From a virus: DNA of 64,000 nucleotides. A program made the translations under genes and the position numbers. The notes beneath the pieces were generated by a model, which was not told the origin of the DNA, ran no database searches, and saw only the letters and a list, made by a program, of their open reading frames with translations. Of this stretch, positions 1 to 9,085 are shown piece by piece (the stretch's first letter is position 1; every line of letters begins with the position of its first letter). The stretch lies in the IMG/VR virus record IMGVR_UViG_3300049844_000277, positions 36,520-100,519 of that record. One strand, written 5' to 3'.

Positions 1-1203
1 AAACATTCCCGTAGACCCGAGTTGCTCAAGAAGCTGTGGGTGCTGTGCGAATAGGTCAAAAATATGACCTTGCATAGCTATAATACCGTCCAGCACGTGG
101 TCTGGAATCTGGGTTCCGGGCGCTAACCGCTCCACAATCATCTTAACAAATTCAGGCGTAGTGAGAATAACGCCAGCAGCGGACAGCGTAGAAAGCACCT
201 GCGCGACGGGATACTTAGATAAAGACTTTAGCGTATCGTCGTCGAACGACGGCATTCGCTGAACCGCGGGAAGAATCATATCGCGGTAACGCTGAATACC
301 GACGGCTTCCTGTTCAGACAAGGGCGACGTTTTGTGGTCAACTGCTACGCCTCGCACAATTTTATCAATGTCCGCGATTTTACGAATAGCAGCGCGCTTC
401 TCGTCCATCGCGTCTAGGTACTCACCGAGTTCAGCGGAGGTGCGTATGTTATACGCATTCTCTTCGGCTACTTTTTTGATCATATAGCCCGTGAGATCAG
501 CTGGCTTGGTTACAAAACTCAAATCGAAGAACTTTGGAGATGGATTGAGAGCTCCAGCGCGCAAGCCGCTAGCGGTTACTTGTCGCATTCCAAACTTTAG
601 GTGATCACAATACTGTTTACGTGTCGGAGCTTTGTGACCACAAACTGTGCAAACATCGTAGGCTATACGGGTTCCCATGCTTACAGCCGGATATTCTCCA
701 TCCGCGATCCGTTCCGCCAAATCCGGCGCGAGCTCATTCCTAAGTCCTAGGAGCAGCTCAACTCGATGCATTTGGGAGTTCCAAAATGCTTTGAGAATGT
801 CGCCGCAAGATTTCAGCGGATCTTTATTAAGATGGTGCCTATAGATCTTCCCGTGCGTCTCAAAACGCTTGTAATGATTCGGTAGAACTTCTTCTTGCGT
901 GACCCACGCGCCATCCGCCTGACAACAACCGCAAGTAGGTTTGAAACCGGTCTTGTAGGGGAACTCGTTGAAGCCGTCGCCATTACGGTTTAAATCGTAG
1001 GTTTCGTACGCTCCTAGCGCGATAACAAGAACAATGCTTGTTCCAGGTTTCGGCTCCACCGCTTTGATGTACTCAGACGCCTCGCTAGCCGTCTTAGTGA
1101 ACTTTTCACGCAAAGGTCTACCGTTGGCACCCCATAGAAGTACCGGTTGAACCGTTGCTTCGCCTGTAGCGAAGTGCGTGTCTAGTTCATAGATTTTCTT
1201 CAC
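1..1203 (-). CDS. Hypothetical protein, partial (C-terminus lies beyond the left window edge); zinc-finger-like Cys/His cluster
   Basis: The reverse strand stays open from 1203 (GTG that overlaps the downstream stop as GTGA) to position 1; it is not in the ORF track because it is truncated. My translation reads ...EYPAVSMGTRIAYDVCTVCGHKAPTRKQYCDHLKFGM..., showing CxxC...CxH spacing. Co-oriented and coupled with the next minus-strand genes. Confidence 0.45.
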   Translation of the reverse strand, partial: MKKIYELDTHFATGEATVQPVLLWGANGRPLREKFTKTASEASEYIKAVEPKPGTSIVLVIALGAYETYDLNRNGDGFNEFPYKTGFKPTCGCCQADGAWVTQEEVLPNHYKRFETHGKIYRHHLNKDPLKSCGDILKAFWNSQMHRVELLLGLRNELAPDLAERIADGEYPAVSMGTRIAYDVCTVCGHKAPTRKQYCDHLKFGMRQVTASGLRAGALNPSPKFFDLSFVTKPADLTGYMIKKVAEENAYNIRTSAELGEYLDAMDEKRAAIRKIADIDKIVRGVAVDHKTSPLSEQEAVGIQRYRDMILPAVQRMPSFDDDTLKSLSKYPVAQVLSTLSAAGVILTTPEFVKMIVERLAPGTQIPDHVLDGIIAMQGHIFDLFAQHPQLLEQLGSTGMF

Positions 1204-1658
1204 GCGAATAATCCTCGTAACAACTTTACCGCGTACTCCCGCCCTAGTAGCTGAACAGAACGGGTTGCGTCGTAATCGGCCCCAGACAATTTCTCAAGCT
1301 GCGCAGATAGCACATCATCAACGAGAGACGCGGCTGCCAGCTTGTGCATGAGCTCGTTAACGACAGTAGTATCCGAAGCTACCTTTTCACCAATTCCTTG
1401 GGCGGTGTTCCAAAGTTCCAAGAACGCCGTAACAGTATCCGATGACGCGCTCTTCACTGTCCCGAACAGATTATCGCACGTTGACGCCAATAGCTGCTGC
1501 GCTTCCGCTGACACTGAAGGGTCGTCACTCGCAGCCAGCTTCTCAAGCCCGGCCACGGTCTGTAGCGTCTTCCAGAACGTGGGGTAGTGCATAGCTACTC
1601 CTTGTCCGTTTCGGTCAGAGAAGTAAGCGCGCTCAGACCCTTCTGAATCTGACGCCAC
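1200..1658 (-). CDS. Hypothetical protein (152 aa)
   Basis: Intact ORF, co-oriented with neighbours, stop overlaps the next start (GTGA). No recognisable motifs. Confidence 0.45.
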   Translation of the reverse strand: MASDSEGSERAYFSDRNGQGVAMHYPTFWKTLQTVAGLEKLAASDDPSVSAEAQQLLASTCDNLFGTVKSASSDTVTAFLELWNTAQGIGEKVASDTTVVNELMHKLAAASLVDDVLSAQLEKLSGADYDATRSVQLLGREYAVKLLRGLFA

Positions 1659-1846
1659 TCCGCCAAACGCGTCATCATCTTCGCACCAATAATCTCAGAC
1701 GCCGTCTTTGCGTCTATCTCTTCCACGCCATACATTTTAGCCGCTATCTTGTTAAAGCCGAAACGACGTACCGCCTCGTGGAATTCAGGCGCGATAAACT
1801 CAGTTAAGTCTTGCATGTTAGTGCCCTCCGTACGTGGGCCGAGCAT
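1595..1846 (-). CDS. Hypothetical small protein (83 aa); true start probably downstream of the annotated one
   Basis: ORF in the minus-strand operon; its 5' end overlaps the flanking ORF, so boundaries are uncertain. Confidence 0.3.
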   Translation of the reverse strand: MLGPRTEGTNMQDLTEFIAPEFHEAVRRFGFNKIAAKMYGVEEIDAKTASEIIGAKMMTRLAEWRQIQKGLSALTSLTETDKE

Positions 1847-2825
1847 CCGCGATAGATCGCTCAGTATCCACTAAATTCTTGATAGTGGCATAATTTACGC
1901 CCGAGCCGCCAAGTACGGCTTCTCTAAGAAAAGACCTAACAGCATTAACATCTAAAGAAAGAGTAGGCGCGAATCTTACCATTGTACCGTAAGACTCTTT
2001 AAGCATCGACTTCGCCTCGGGATTACGCGAAATCGCGTCGCTTAGAACTGGGTCGGATTTGAGTAAAGTCTCGAATAGCGCTTTACGACGAGGTTCGACC
2101 ATAAAATGGTCTCTAAGCGCATCGAAACTCGTACCGATTCCGTGCGCCATTAAGCTAACCAGTGCTCCACCCGCTGACTGCCCTAAGCCTTTACCTAACC
2201 CTTCAACTACATTCTTTTGCGAAGATTCCCAGAACGTGGGTTCCGGCGGTAACGAACGTTTTACAGCACGGGACGCAGCTCTTGCGACAGCCGCTAAATC
2301 TTTTCTACGTTGTGCCCTTACTGCCGGAGGAATCTGGAAAGATGGTGTAGCTGCTTCCTTGGTCATCGAATGGAGCTCAGCTTTTTTCTCCAAAAACTTA
2401 TCCAGACTGGCGGTAATAACTCTCGTTGGATCCGCGTAAGCGTTCATGAGTTCTTCCTCATTTTGTCTCTGGGAAGCGTCAAAGGCTTTACCAAGTATAG
2501 GCGCTAAAAACGCAGTACCTATGGCGGCTCCAGCCAATCTAGGACGCTTGGAAAGAAAACCGTGTGCGCCCTGTAAACCTCGCGCTAAAACACCTGACTC
2601 GTTTGACGCAGGGGATAAAAATTTATCAATACCTCGACCAACGGTACCCGCTAAATTCTTAACACCTTCCGCGGTTCCCTTAGCGCTTTCAATAAGCGCA
2701 AGGCCACGACGTAGGTGTCCTCGTTGACCTTCGGGAAGCTCGGTGAGAACCTCGCGCGGATCTCTTCCGAGAGCCGTCTTCTCGAACAAAGCATCCACGT
2801 ATTCTTTAAAGAGTGCGTTATTCAC
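1818..2825 (-). CDS. Hypothetical protein (335 aa), Gly/Ala-rich, possible virion component
   Basis: Long intact ORF, tightly packed in the minus-strand block; no catalytic motifs recognised. Confidence 0.5.
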   Translation of the reverse strand: MNNALFKEYVDALFEKTALGRDPREVLTELPEGQRGHLRRGLALIESAKGTAEGVKNLAGTVGRGIDKFLSPASNESGVLARGLQGAHGFLSKRPRLAGAAIGTAFLAPILGKAFDASQRQNEEELMNAYADPTRVITASLDKFLEKKAELHSMTKEAATPSFQIPPAVRAQRRKDLAAVARAASRAVKRSLPPEPTFWESSQKNVVEGLGKGLGQSAGGALVSLMAHGIGTSFDALRDHFMVEPRRKALFETLLKSDPVLSDAISRNPEAKSMLKESYGTMVRFAPTLSLDVNAVRSFLREAVLGGSGVNYATIKNLVDTERSIADARPTYGGH

Positions 2826-2826
2826 G

Positions 2827-3639
2827 TCAGCGCCCTAGAGCAGGCATGTTTTTATCGACCCAAGCTAACGCCTTCGTCATTTTCTCGTAGGTCTGCCGCT
2901 CGGCGCACGCTTCCTTCAAGAGCTTCAGTTCCGGTGTTTCATCGGTCACCACGCGCTCTTGTAAAAAAGCTACCTTTTCAAAATCGGGCGGCGTGTGCTT
3001 GACGCGTAACTCCTCATACAAGAAAGCCATTTCCGCGGAAGCATCTGCGCCTAATTCTGCCCATGCGTTCTTTTCAAATTCGCTGAACTTGGGTCCGTAT
3101 CCCGGTGCTTTCTTGAATGTGCGAGCCAGGGAAGCCAATTTCTCCTCCCACTTTGCTCCGGCGGAAATCTTTTCAAGCTTAAACTCTGTAGCCAACTTTC
3201 GAAGATTCATTACAACAATATCTTCGCGGGCAGGTTTTTCAGTATACTCGGCAGTCTTCTCTTCTAGAGGTCCATCGAACTTCCGACCCAAACGCTTTTC
3301 CCGCATCATGTCGGGAACTTCGTTAGCTAGCTTATCGTTATGAACGCTGGCCGGACGAGGAGGCTCATTAGCCGTATTTAGTAGATTTCGAATTACGGTC
3401 TCAGGATCCCCTGTATCGAATTCAATCATACGGTCAGGGGCTCCTTCTTTCGCCTTGAACATGTTTTGAAAAACATAAACATTGGCCAGGCGAACAAGCG
3501 TTCGAATCTCGTCCGGATTTAGCTTGTGCTCTGAAGCAAACTTTTCGCAGAGTTCGTTAAGACTCTTTTTCGATACGAGATGCTGCTCTGCGATTCCCTG
3601 CGCATTCTTAATAAACTCATTCTCAGACCAGCGTGGCAT
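2827..3639 (-). CDS. Hypothetical protein (270 aa)
   Basis: Intact ORF, 1-nt spacing to the downstream gene, same strand as the structural block. Confidence 0.5.
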   Translation of the reverse strand: MPRWSENEFIKNAQGIAEQHLVSKKSLNELCEKFASEHKLNPDEIRTLVRLANVYVFQNMFKAKEGAPDRMIEFDTGDPETVIRNLLNTANEPPRPASVHNDKLANEVPDMMREKRLGRKFDGPLEEKTAEYTEKPAREDIVVMNLRKLATEFKLEKISAGAKWEEKLASLARTFKKAPGYGPKFSEFEKNAWAELGADASAEMAFLYEELRVKHTPPDFEKVAFLQERVVTDETPELKLLKEACAERQTYEKMTKALAWVDKNMPALGR

Positions 3640-3701
3640 TGGAAAGCTCCTTGCGAAGTTGTGTCCAGCGCCACGCTGAGTAGAAGAAGTCGGCCATGGC
3701 G

Positions 3702-4394
3702 TTAGTGCAGAATATCATCGAGCGGAACGGGAGCTTTTTCAACTGGGATTGTTTCGTCCTTACCTTCCAAGGCAATCCGTAGCTCTTCGTAAGCTTGTTT
3801 CGCTTCTTGAGGCTCCATCTTCTCAAGAATCTCTGCGTTCTTGATAGCCGTGGTCCACCACTTCTGAGCCTCCTTGGCTACGCGACTTGTAAGGCTATTC
3901 CCCTTGTGCGACATTCCTCGATAAAAAGAATCGATCATCGTATGTCGAACAATGGTACGAGTATCCACGGCGTCGCGTCCGCCATACATCCAAACCAGAT
4001 AATCTGAGCCGACCATTACGCCCGTCTTCAACAGCTCTACTGCGTAAGGGTCTCCGTCATACATGGAAGCATAGCTAATTCTTTCCAACCGGTTTCTGAA
4101 AACCGTAACATCGAAAAAGAGGTACGTGTAAGTTAGTAAAACCGATACGGGAATACTAAGTACACGCGAAACCGTAGTCGGGTCTGCGTCAGACAAAATA
4201 AACGCATCCATGACTGCACGGTGATTGCTGTCTAAGTACAAGTCGTACGCGTACTCTACCGTCGGGCTCACTTCTCCTCGGTCAACTATGTACGCGTACA
4301 ATGACTTCTCTAACTCGCCTTCAGGCGCAGGCGCAGAAGTCTTTACCATTTCCAACACCGCCTCAAACCGATGGCGGGGAGATATCTGTCGCAT
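3702..4394 (-). CDS. Hypothetical protein (230 aa)
   Basis: Intact ORF in the same operon; no recognisable motifs. Confidence 0.5.
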   Translation of the reverse strand: MRQISPRHRFEAVLEMVKTSAPAPEGELEKSLYAYIVDRGEVSPTVEYAYDLYLDSNHRAVMDAFILSDADPTTVSRVLSIPVSVLLTYTYLFFDVTVFRNRLERISYASMYDGDPYAVELLKTGVMVGSDYLVWMYGGRDAVDTRTIVRHTMIDSFYRGMSHKGNSLTSRVAKEAQKWWTTAIKNAEILEKMEPQEAKQAYEELRIALEGKDETIPVEKAPVPLDDILH

Positions 4395-4396
4395 AA

Positions 4397-7180
4397 TTAC
4401 CCCCGATATACGCTAGGGTCGTTTTGATTTCGAAGAACCAGAGTATTCTGGTTAATCTTCAAAATTAAATCACCCATTCCGCGGAATGTCGAGCGCAGAT
4501 TATCTTCCAGGGAAACGTAAGCAATGTCTCCGACATCACCCTTAATTCGAGTCTCATCCATCCAAAGAGTGAGTAAAACCCGCCCTAAGTTATCCAGAGA
4601 TTTCTCAAGATTAGGGAGATAGCCGGCAACCATTTCCTTAATCGCCGGAGCTTGGGCCATTGATGCCAGCGCTGCAGCGTCAAACGTGCCCGCGTCGTTA
4701 AGCTGCCCCGCTTGCTCAATGAATTGCGGATTCACCTGAGACTGGACGGTATCCACCGAACCGTCATCCGCTGCCATCATAGCTTGCGGAGGCTGCTGCT
4801 GCGCCTGAGCATTAGGGTCAGCGGCCATTTGAGCATTAGGGTCCGCACCCATCTGCTGCTGCGGTGCAGCCATTCCTTGAACCGGCGCGCCTGCGCCCAT
4901 CATCGACGGGTCCATTGGACCACCCATCGCAGCTGCCGCTGCGGCGGGAGCAGCTCCGGCTCCCCCGCCACTAGCAATCATACTCGCCCGCTGCTGGATG
5001 GCTTGAACCATCTGCTGCATTTGCGTCAAAGCCTGCATCTGGCTTTGAATGTTCTGCATCTGTTCAGCGACCGCCATATCAACGGGCGACGGACCTTGCG
5101 GAGGCTGCATCTGCGCCATCTGCATCTGCTGCATCGCGGCCTCAGCGGGATCGGCTTGCTCAGGCTGCTTCTCGGCGGCGCTCTTAGCGCGGCTCCGGAA
5201 TCCGGATTCCATCTTAGCCATGCTGTTGAACCGCTCCCCTGCCTGACGTGATGTCTCGCTAGCGCCGGGCTTGGAGAGGCGGGCCGAGGGCTCTTGCATC
5301 TTGCGAAGAACCGCTGAATCAGCGCTGCGTACTTTTTCAGCGATTACTCGGGGATCCCTAATTGACGTACGGTTCTCAGCAACGCTCAGCCGAGCCGCCA
5401 CCTTCTCCAACTTCTCCGGCTCAATAATCCAGAAAGAATAGTTCCCCTTCTCCGCCGCTTGCTTCAGGGCAAACTCAGCGTCATCAACAGAGATGACCGC
5501 GTCCGTTGCCAGCTTACGCAACGCTGAAACGAAGTTTGGCGCGTACTCACCAGAGATATTGAAACCATTCTCTCCGGTGTACTTCGACACCTTCACCTTC
5601 TCCGCGCCTTCAGCCAACATAGCGTCGGTCGTCCAGCAGAAGATGCTCTTCGGCGTGGTGAGGAAATCGCGCTGCGTGAGCTCATTCTTGGTTGGAAACC
5701 AAACGAAGTTGCTCGGCAAATAGACAATGTCCCCGTGCGTAGGAATCATTAGCTTACTGCCAGGATATTTATCGTCAGTAACCAGCGTCTTCTTGCCCCA
5801 AGAACCAATCACATCGATCCGTCGACTACCCTCAAAATCAGAGGTAACTGAATCAATAGTAACCGGAGCCGTGGCAACAAACGATGCACCGCGACGCTGA
5901 ACAAAGATACCCTTCTGACCCTTGCGAGGACCTGCGGCAGACGCTTCACCAACAGCCTTCTTGAAGACCTCAGAGCCTTCAAGCTGACTCATCGCTACTT
6001 GCGTACCGAGAAGGTCCGTAGAATCTATGAGGTCGCCGTCTTCGGTAATACCGACGTAACGGTCAATATGAAACTCATCCCGATAGCCGTCCTTGCCAGG
6101 GACACGGTACCGCTCATTGTGGCCCTGCATCTCATTCGCAGGTGCTGCGTTTGAGGGACGGAAACGAATGTTACGCGAAGGAATTCGCTTACCTTCAGCA
6201 TCGCCGAATAGGTTGATGGGGTTCGCGATAACTAAAGCAACAACAGGCTTACCGTCGCGCTTCCATAACTTGTAAGCACCGGCATCCTTAGGCTCATGTA
6301 AATCAAGATACGGTTGAATCGCTACCGCGCGATTAACACGCTTACGGTCATCCTTGGCGTAATAGCCCTTTACCTTCACGCCTTGAAAAGCGGCGGGTGA
6401 CTTAGGCCCAAAGATGTCTTTGAATTCAGCGGACGTAGTCTTGTCGTCCGCGACATACAACGCGCCACCATGATTCTTGATTCCACCGCCGTAGTCAGCC
6501 GTTTTCAGCGCATCGACAAGCGGCTTTTCACCATAGAACCACACCGCTTGCTTGAGCAATCGGGGCCGCGTCTCAAGCATCTTGGCCGCAGCCTTCTTGA
6601 CGCGAGAGGGCGCATTGCTGAGGAAAGTTAAAAATGAAAGCTCAGGCTCAGTCTGATTTCGTGCTTCATCAAAGACACGACTCGCCTGCTTAACCGCACC
6701 AGAGACGTCCGAGGCATAGCTGTAACGTCCAGTCGTCGGAGGAACGACCGTATTACGAATGTCGACGTCCGTCGGCATCGTTGTGGGCGGAGTTACACCC
6801 TTGCCCATTTCACCCAGAGATTGCTTGTCCAACTCCTCCAACCAGTCTTTGGATAGTGGGACGAAGACATTCAGATTCTTGTAGTACAAAATGTCCAGCG
6901 GCTTAATCTGATTATCCGCCATCACAACAGGAACGTAGAGCGTCTGCCCTCGCCTAAGGATAACAAACGCGCCGACACCCGAGCCGTCATCGGGTGAAGT
7001 TTCCAGGACTTTGAATGTAACAACGTCCGGAGCAATATTGGGTAATTTCGAGAGGAGGACGTTGTACGCCATTTGGGAAAGACCTTGGTCGAACAAAGCT
7101 TTCGCTTGATCGCCGGTTCCTCCCAGCTGTCCCATCGCTTGCGTCCTAGGCGAAATCGCTGGCATGTCATCTCCCGACAA
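4397..7180 (-). CDS. Large virion-associated protein (927 aa) with Q/M/A-rich low-complexity linker; possible portal or internal virion protein
   Basis: 927-aa ORF. About 650 aa of globular sequence, then a roughly 150-aa low-complexity MQQMQMAQMQPPQ...AAPQQQMGADPNAQ tract, then a conserved-looking C-terminal domain. Position inside the morphogenesis-like block. Confidence 0.5.
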   Translation of the reverse strand: MSGDDMPAISPRTQAMGQLGGTGDQAKALFDQGLSQMAYNVLLSKLPNIAPDVVTFKVLETSPDDGSGVGAFVILRRGQTLYVPVVMADNQIKPLDILYYKNLNVFVPLSKDWLEELDKQSLGEMGKGVTPPTTMPTDVDIRNTVVPPTTGRYSYASDVSGAVKQASRVFDEARNQTEPELSFLTFLSNAPSRVKKAAAKMLETRPRLLKQAVWFYGEKPLVDALKTADYGGGIKNHGGALYVADDKTTSAEFKDIFGPKSPAAFQGVKVKGYYAKDDRKRVNRAVAIQPYLDLHEPKDAGAYKLWKRDGKPVVALVIANPINLFGDAEGKRIPSRNIRFRPSNAAPANEMQGHNERYRVPGKDGYRDEFHIDRYVGITEDGDLIDSTDLLGTQVAMSQLEGSEVFKKAVGEASAAGPRKGQKGIFVQRRGASFVATAPVTIDSVTSDFEGSRRIDVIGSWGKKTLVTDDKYPGSKLMIPTHGDIVYLPSNFVWFPTKNELTQRDFLTTPKSIFCWTTDAMLAEGAEKVKVSKYTGENGFNISGEYAPNFVSALRKLATDAVISVDDAEFALKQAAEKGNYSFWIIEPEKLEKVAARLSVAENRTSIRDPRVIAEKVRSADSAVLRKMQEPSARLSKPGASETSRQAGERFNSMAKMESGFRSRAKSAAEKQPEQADPAEAAMQQMQMAQMQPPQGPSPVDMAVAEQMQNIQSQMQALTQMQQMVQAIQQRASMIASGGGAGAAPAAAAAAMGGPMDPSMMGAGAPVQGMAAPQQQMGADPNAQMAADPNAQAQQQPPQAMMAADDGSVDTVQSQVNPQFIEQAGQLNDAGTFDAAALASMAQAPAIKEMVAGYLPNLEKSLDNLGRVLLTLWMDETRIKGDVGDIAYVSLEDNLRSTFRGMGDLILKINQNTLVLRNQNDPSVYRG

Positions 7181-7184
7181 AAAT

Positions 7185-7240
7185 CATTGTACTACGTAAA
7201 GCGAAACGGCCGCCGGTCCATTAGGACCCAGCGGCCGTCG
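7185..7240 (-). terminator. Putative intrinsic terminator between the 419-aa and 927-aa genes (minus strand)
   Basis: GC-rich imperfect hairpin cggccgccggtccattaggacccagcggccg (with an inner GGTCC-ATTA-GGACC hairpin), followed on the minus strand by the T-rich tttcgcttt...gatttttg. Confidence 0.3.
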
Positions 7241-7268
7241 TGGGCCCACTAACTGGGAGCGAAGGAAC

Positions 7269-8528
7269 TTAGCTCGCCGAAGCCGCGATTTCTCGAATGC
7301 GACCCAGAAGAGCGCTCTCCTTCTTCTGAGCCTTACCCGATTCGTCCTCGTGCTCAACTTCCTTCTTCATCTTCTTGCCCTTCTCAGACTTCGACTCGTC
7401 GCCCTTCATACCTTCCGCGCAAGCCGCCTCTGCTGCCTTCTTCTCCGCATGCAGATGGTTTAAGTACTCCTGCCTCGCGGTGTGGTCGTACCCAATCATC
7501 CGGCTGATAGCCGCAACCTTCTCGTCATCGCTCATCTCCGGAAGGTACGGACCCACGTCTTCCGCGGTCTTCTTAAAGAGGACCAGGAAAGCATCTTCCT
7601 CTGAAGTCTTGGAAGCTTCAATGACCGAGTTCGTCCCAGCGGGGCTGTTCTTAGGCGCCTTAGGGTGCGGCATCTCAGTGCCGACATGGTGCGTCTGAGG
7701 CTCCGAGATGTTGGCGTTACCCATTCCAACTAGGTACGCCCCCTGAGGACGATTCTTTGCGTCAAGCTTCGCCACTGAATCTACCGAGTCGGTAAGCTTG
7801 TTCTTGTCCTTACCGTCATGTAGTCCAACGAGCTTATTCGCAATCTTCTTAAGCTCGGCATCAAGCCCCGCCGCCTTCGCCGAACCGGCGTCCTTCGCTA
7901 CCGAATTCGTACCAGCAGGCGTATTCGCTGGACCCTTGGGATTCTTGCTCAAGTCACCAACGTGACCCTGCATAGACTCGAGCTCAGTCTTGCCCATGCC
8001 GTGGTGATACATTCCCTCGGGTCGTTGCTTTTGGTCTAACGCAGCAACCTCCCCATTATGTGCAGCTTGCGCGGGGTCATTACCCTTGTCGCCACCGTGC
8101 ATGAGAGCGCCGCCGGATGCTTGCTTAACCTCTTCCGCAGCCTTGGTCATACAGGCAACAGCCTCTTCGCCCGCAAGAGACTCGTAGTCCGCTTGAGCAG
8201 CGGTCTTCGTAACTTCAGCAGCAGCTTTTGCTACCTCGGGGCTGGGAGGAGGAAGCGGCATACCGCCCTCACCCGGAGGACCACCGGCAGCGCCGGCCTG
8301 CTCCATGAGCGCGTGAGCAATTTCCATGAGCTTATTCGCCACAGCGGCAAGCTCTTCCGGCGAATGACCGCCCTCAGGAGAAACTTCCGGCATTGGCGCG
8401 GCTACCGGAGAATCGGCGACAGCATCCGCCGCCTCATCCATGGCTTCCTTTGACGGAAACGCGATGATCCCCTGGCGAACCAGTTCGTGTGCAACTCCCC
8501 GTGCTGCGGCGCGCTTAAAGAGTCCCAT
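7269..8528 (-). CDS. Acidic Ala-rich protein with internal tandem repeat (419 aa); scaffold- or decoration-like, hypothetical
   Basis: Two repeat units: QRPEGMYHHGMGK...GHVGD...PKGPANTPAGTNSV and NRPQGAYLVGMGN...HHVG...PKAPKNSPAGTNSV. Helical, acidic composition; flanked by a terminator-like hairpin. Confidence 0.5.
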   Translation of the reverse strand: MGLFKRAAARGVAHELVRQGIIAFPSKEAMDEAADAVADSPVAAPMPEVSPEGGHSPEELAAVANKLMEIAHALMEQAGAAGGPPGEGGMPLPPPSPEVAKAAAEVTKTAAQADYESLAGEEAVACMTKAAEEVKQASGGALMHGGDKGNDPAQAAHNGEVAALDQKQRPEGMYHHGMGKTELESMQGHVGDLSKNPKGPANTPAGTNSVAKDAGSAKAAGLDAELKKIANKLVGLHDGKDKNKLTDSVDSVAKLDAKNRPQGAYLVGMGNANISEPQTHHVGTEMPHPKAPKNSPAGTNSVIEASKTSEEDAFLVLFKKTAEDVGPYLPEMSDDEKVAAISRMIGYDHTARQEYLNHLHAEKKAAEAACAEGMKGDESKSEKGKKMKKEVEHEDESGKAQKKESALLGRIREIAASAS

Positions 8529-8633
8529 GAAAGTTTGCTCCTTTTACTTTTACTTTGGCCGGAGTGTAGGCCAATGGTTGAGATTTAACAATCAATGTAG
8601 TCGGTCGGCGCCGCTACGTACAACTTAGGAGAA

Positions 8634-9083
8634 TCACCCGCCTGAAACAACTTCAGGCTTTGTATCGAACTTGCGCCCCAGTTCGCGCCCAAGAGTTCCT
8701 AACAACATACCACCGCCAAGCTGTCCCGCAAATCCGCCCAAAGGAGCCCCTAACAGAGACCCTGTTAAATTTCCAATAGCTTGTCCTACTACTTCTCCGC
8801 GATATTCAGACGGTGTCGCCTTAGTTTGTAGTGCTGTAAACACCAAAGGAAGCGTAAGAGTTCGCGAAAGATCTCCGCCTGTACGCGGTAAACCTTGCGT
8901 GTATAATCCTGTCTCTGGGTGAAAAAGTGTGCCGTGGTATATTTGCTTTGCGGCCTCTATCGGTCTTCCAATCGCTGAAATGCGTGCCGCCGTAAGAAAA
9001 TCACGAAACGCTCCCGCGCACTTAGTAGCCTCGAAATCTCGTAGTGCGTTTGACGCGCCTGCTATATACGCCCAGTCACGCAT
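8634..9083 (-). CDS. Hypothetical protein with Gly-rich C-terminus (149 aa)
   Basis: Intact ORF 3 nt downstream of the beta' C-terminal gene on the same strand; C-terminus is GxxGxxG-rich. Confidence 0.4.
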   Translation of the reverse strand: MRDWAYIAGASNALRDFEATKCAGAFRDFLTAARISAIGRPIEAAKQIYHGTLFHPETGLYTQGLPRTGGDLSRTLTLPLVFTALQTKATPSEYRGEVVGQAIGNLTGSLLGAPLGGFAGQLGGGMLLGTLGRELGRKFDTKPEVVSGG

Positions 9084-9085
9084 AA

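Noticed and set aside
4712-5251. 179-aa His/Leu/Arg-rich plus-strand ORF inside the 927-aa gene.
   Set aside because: It is the antisense shadow of the CAG/CTG-rich low-complexity segment.
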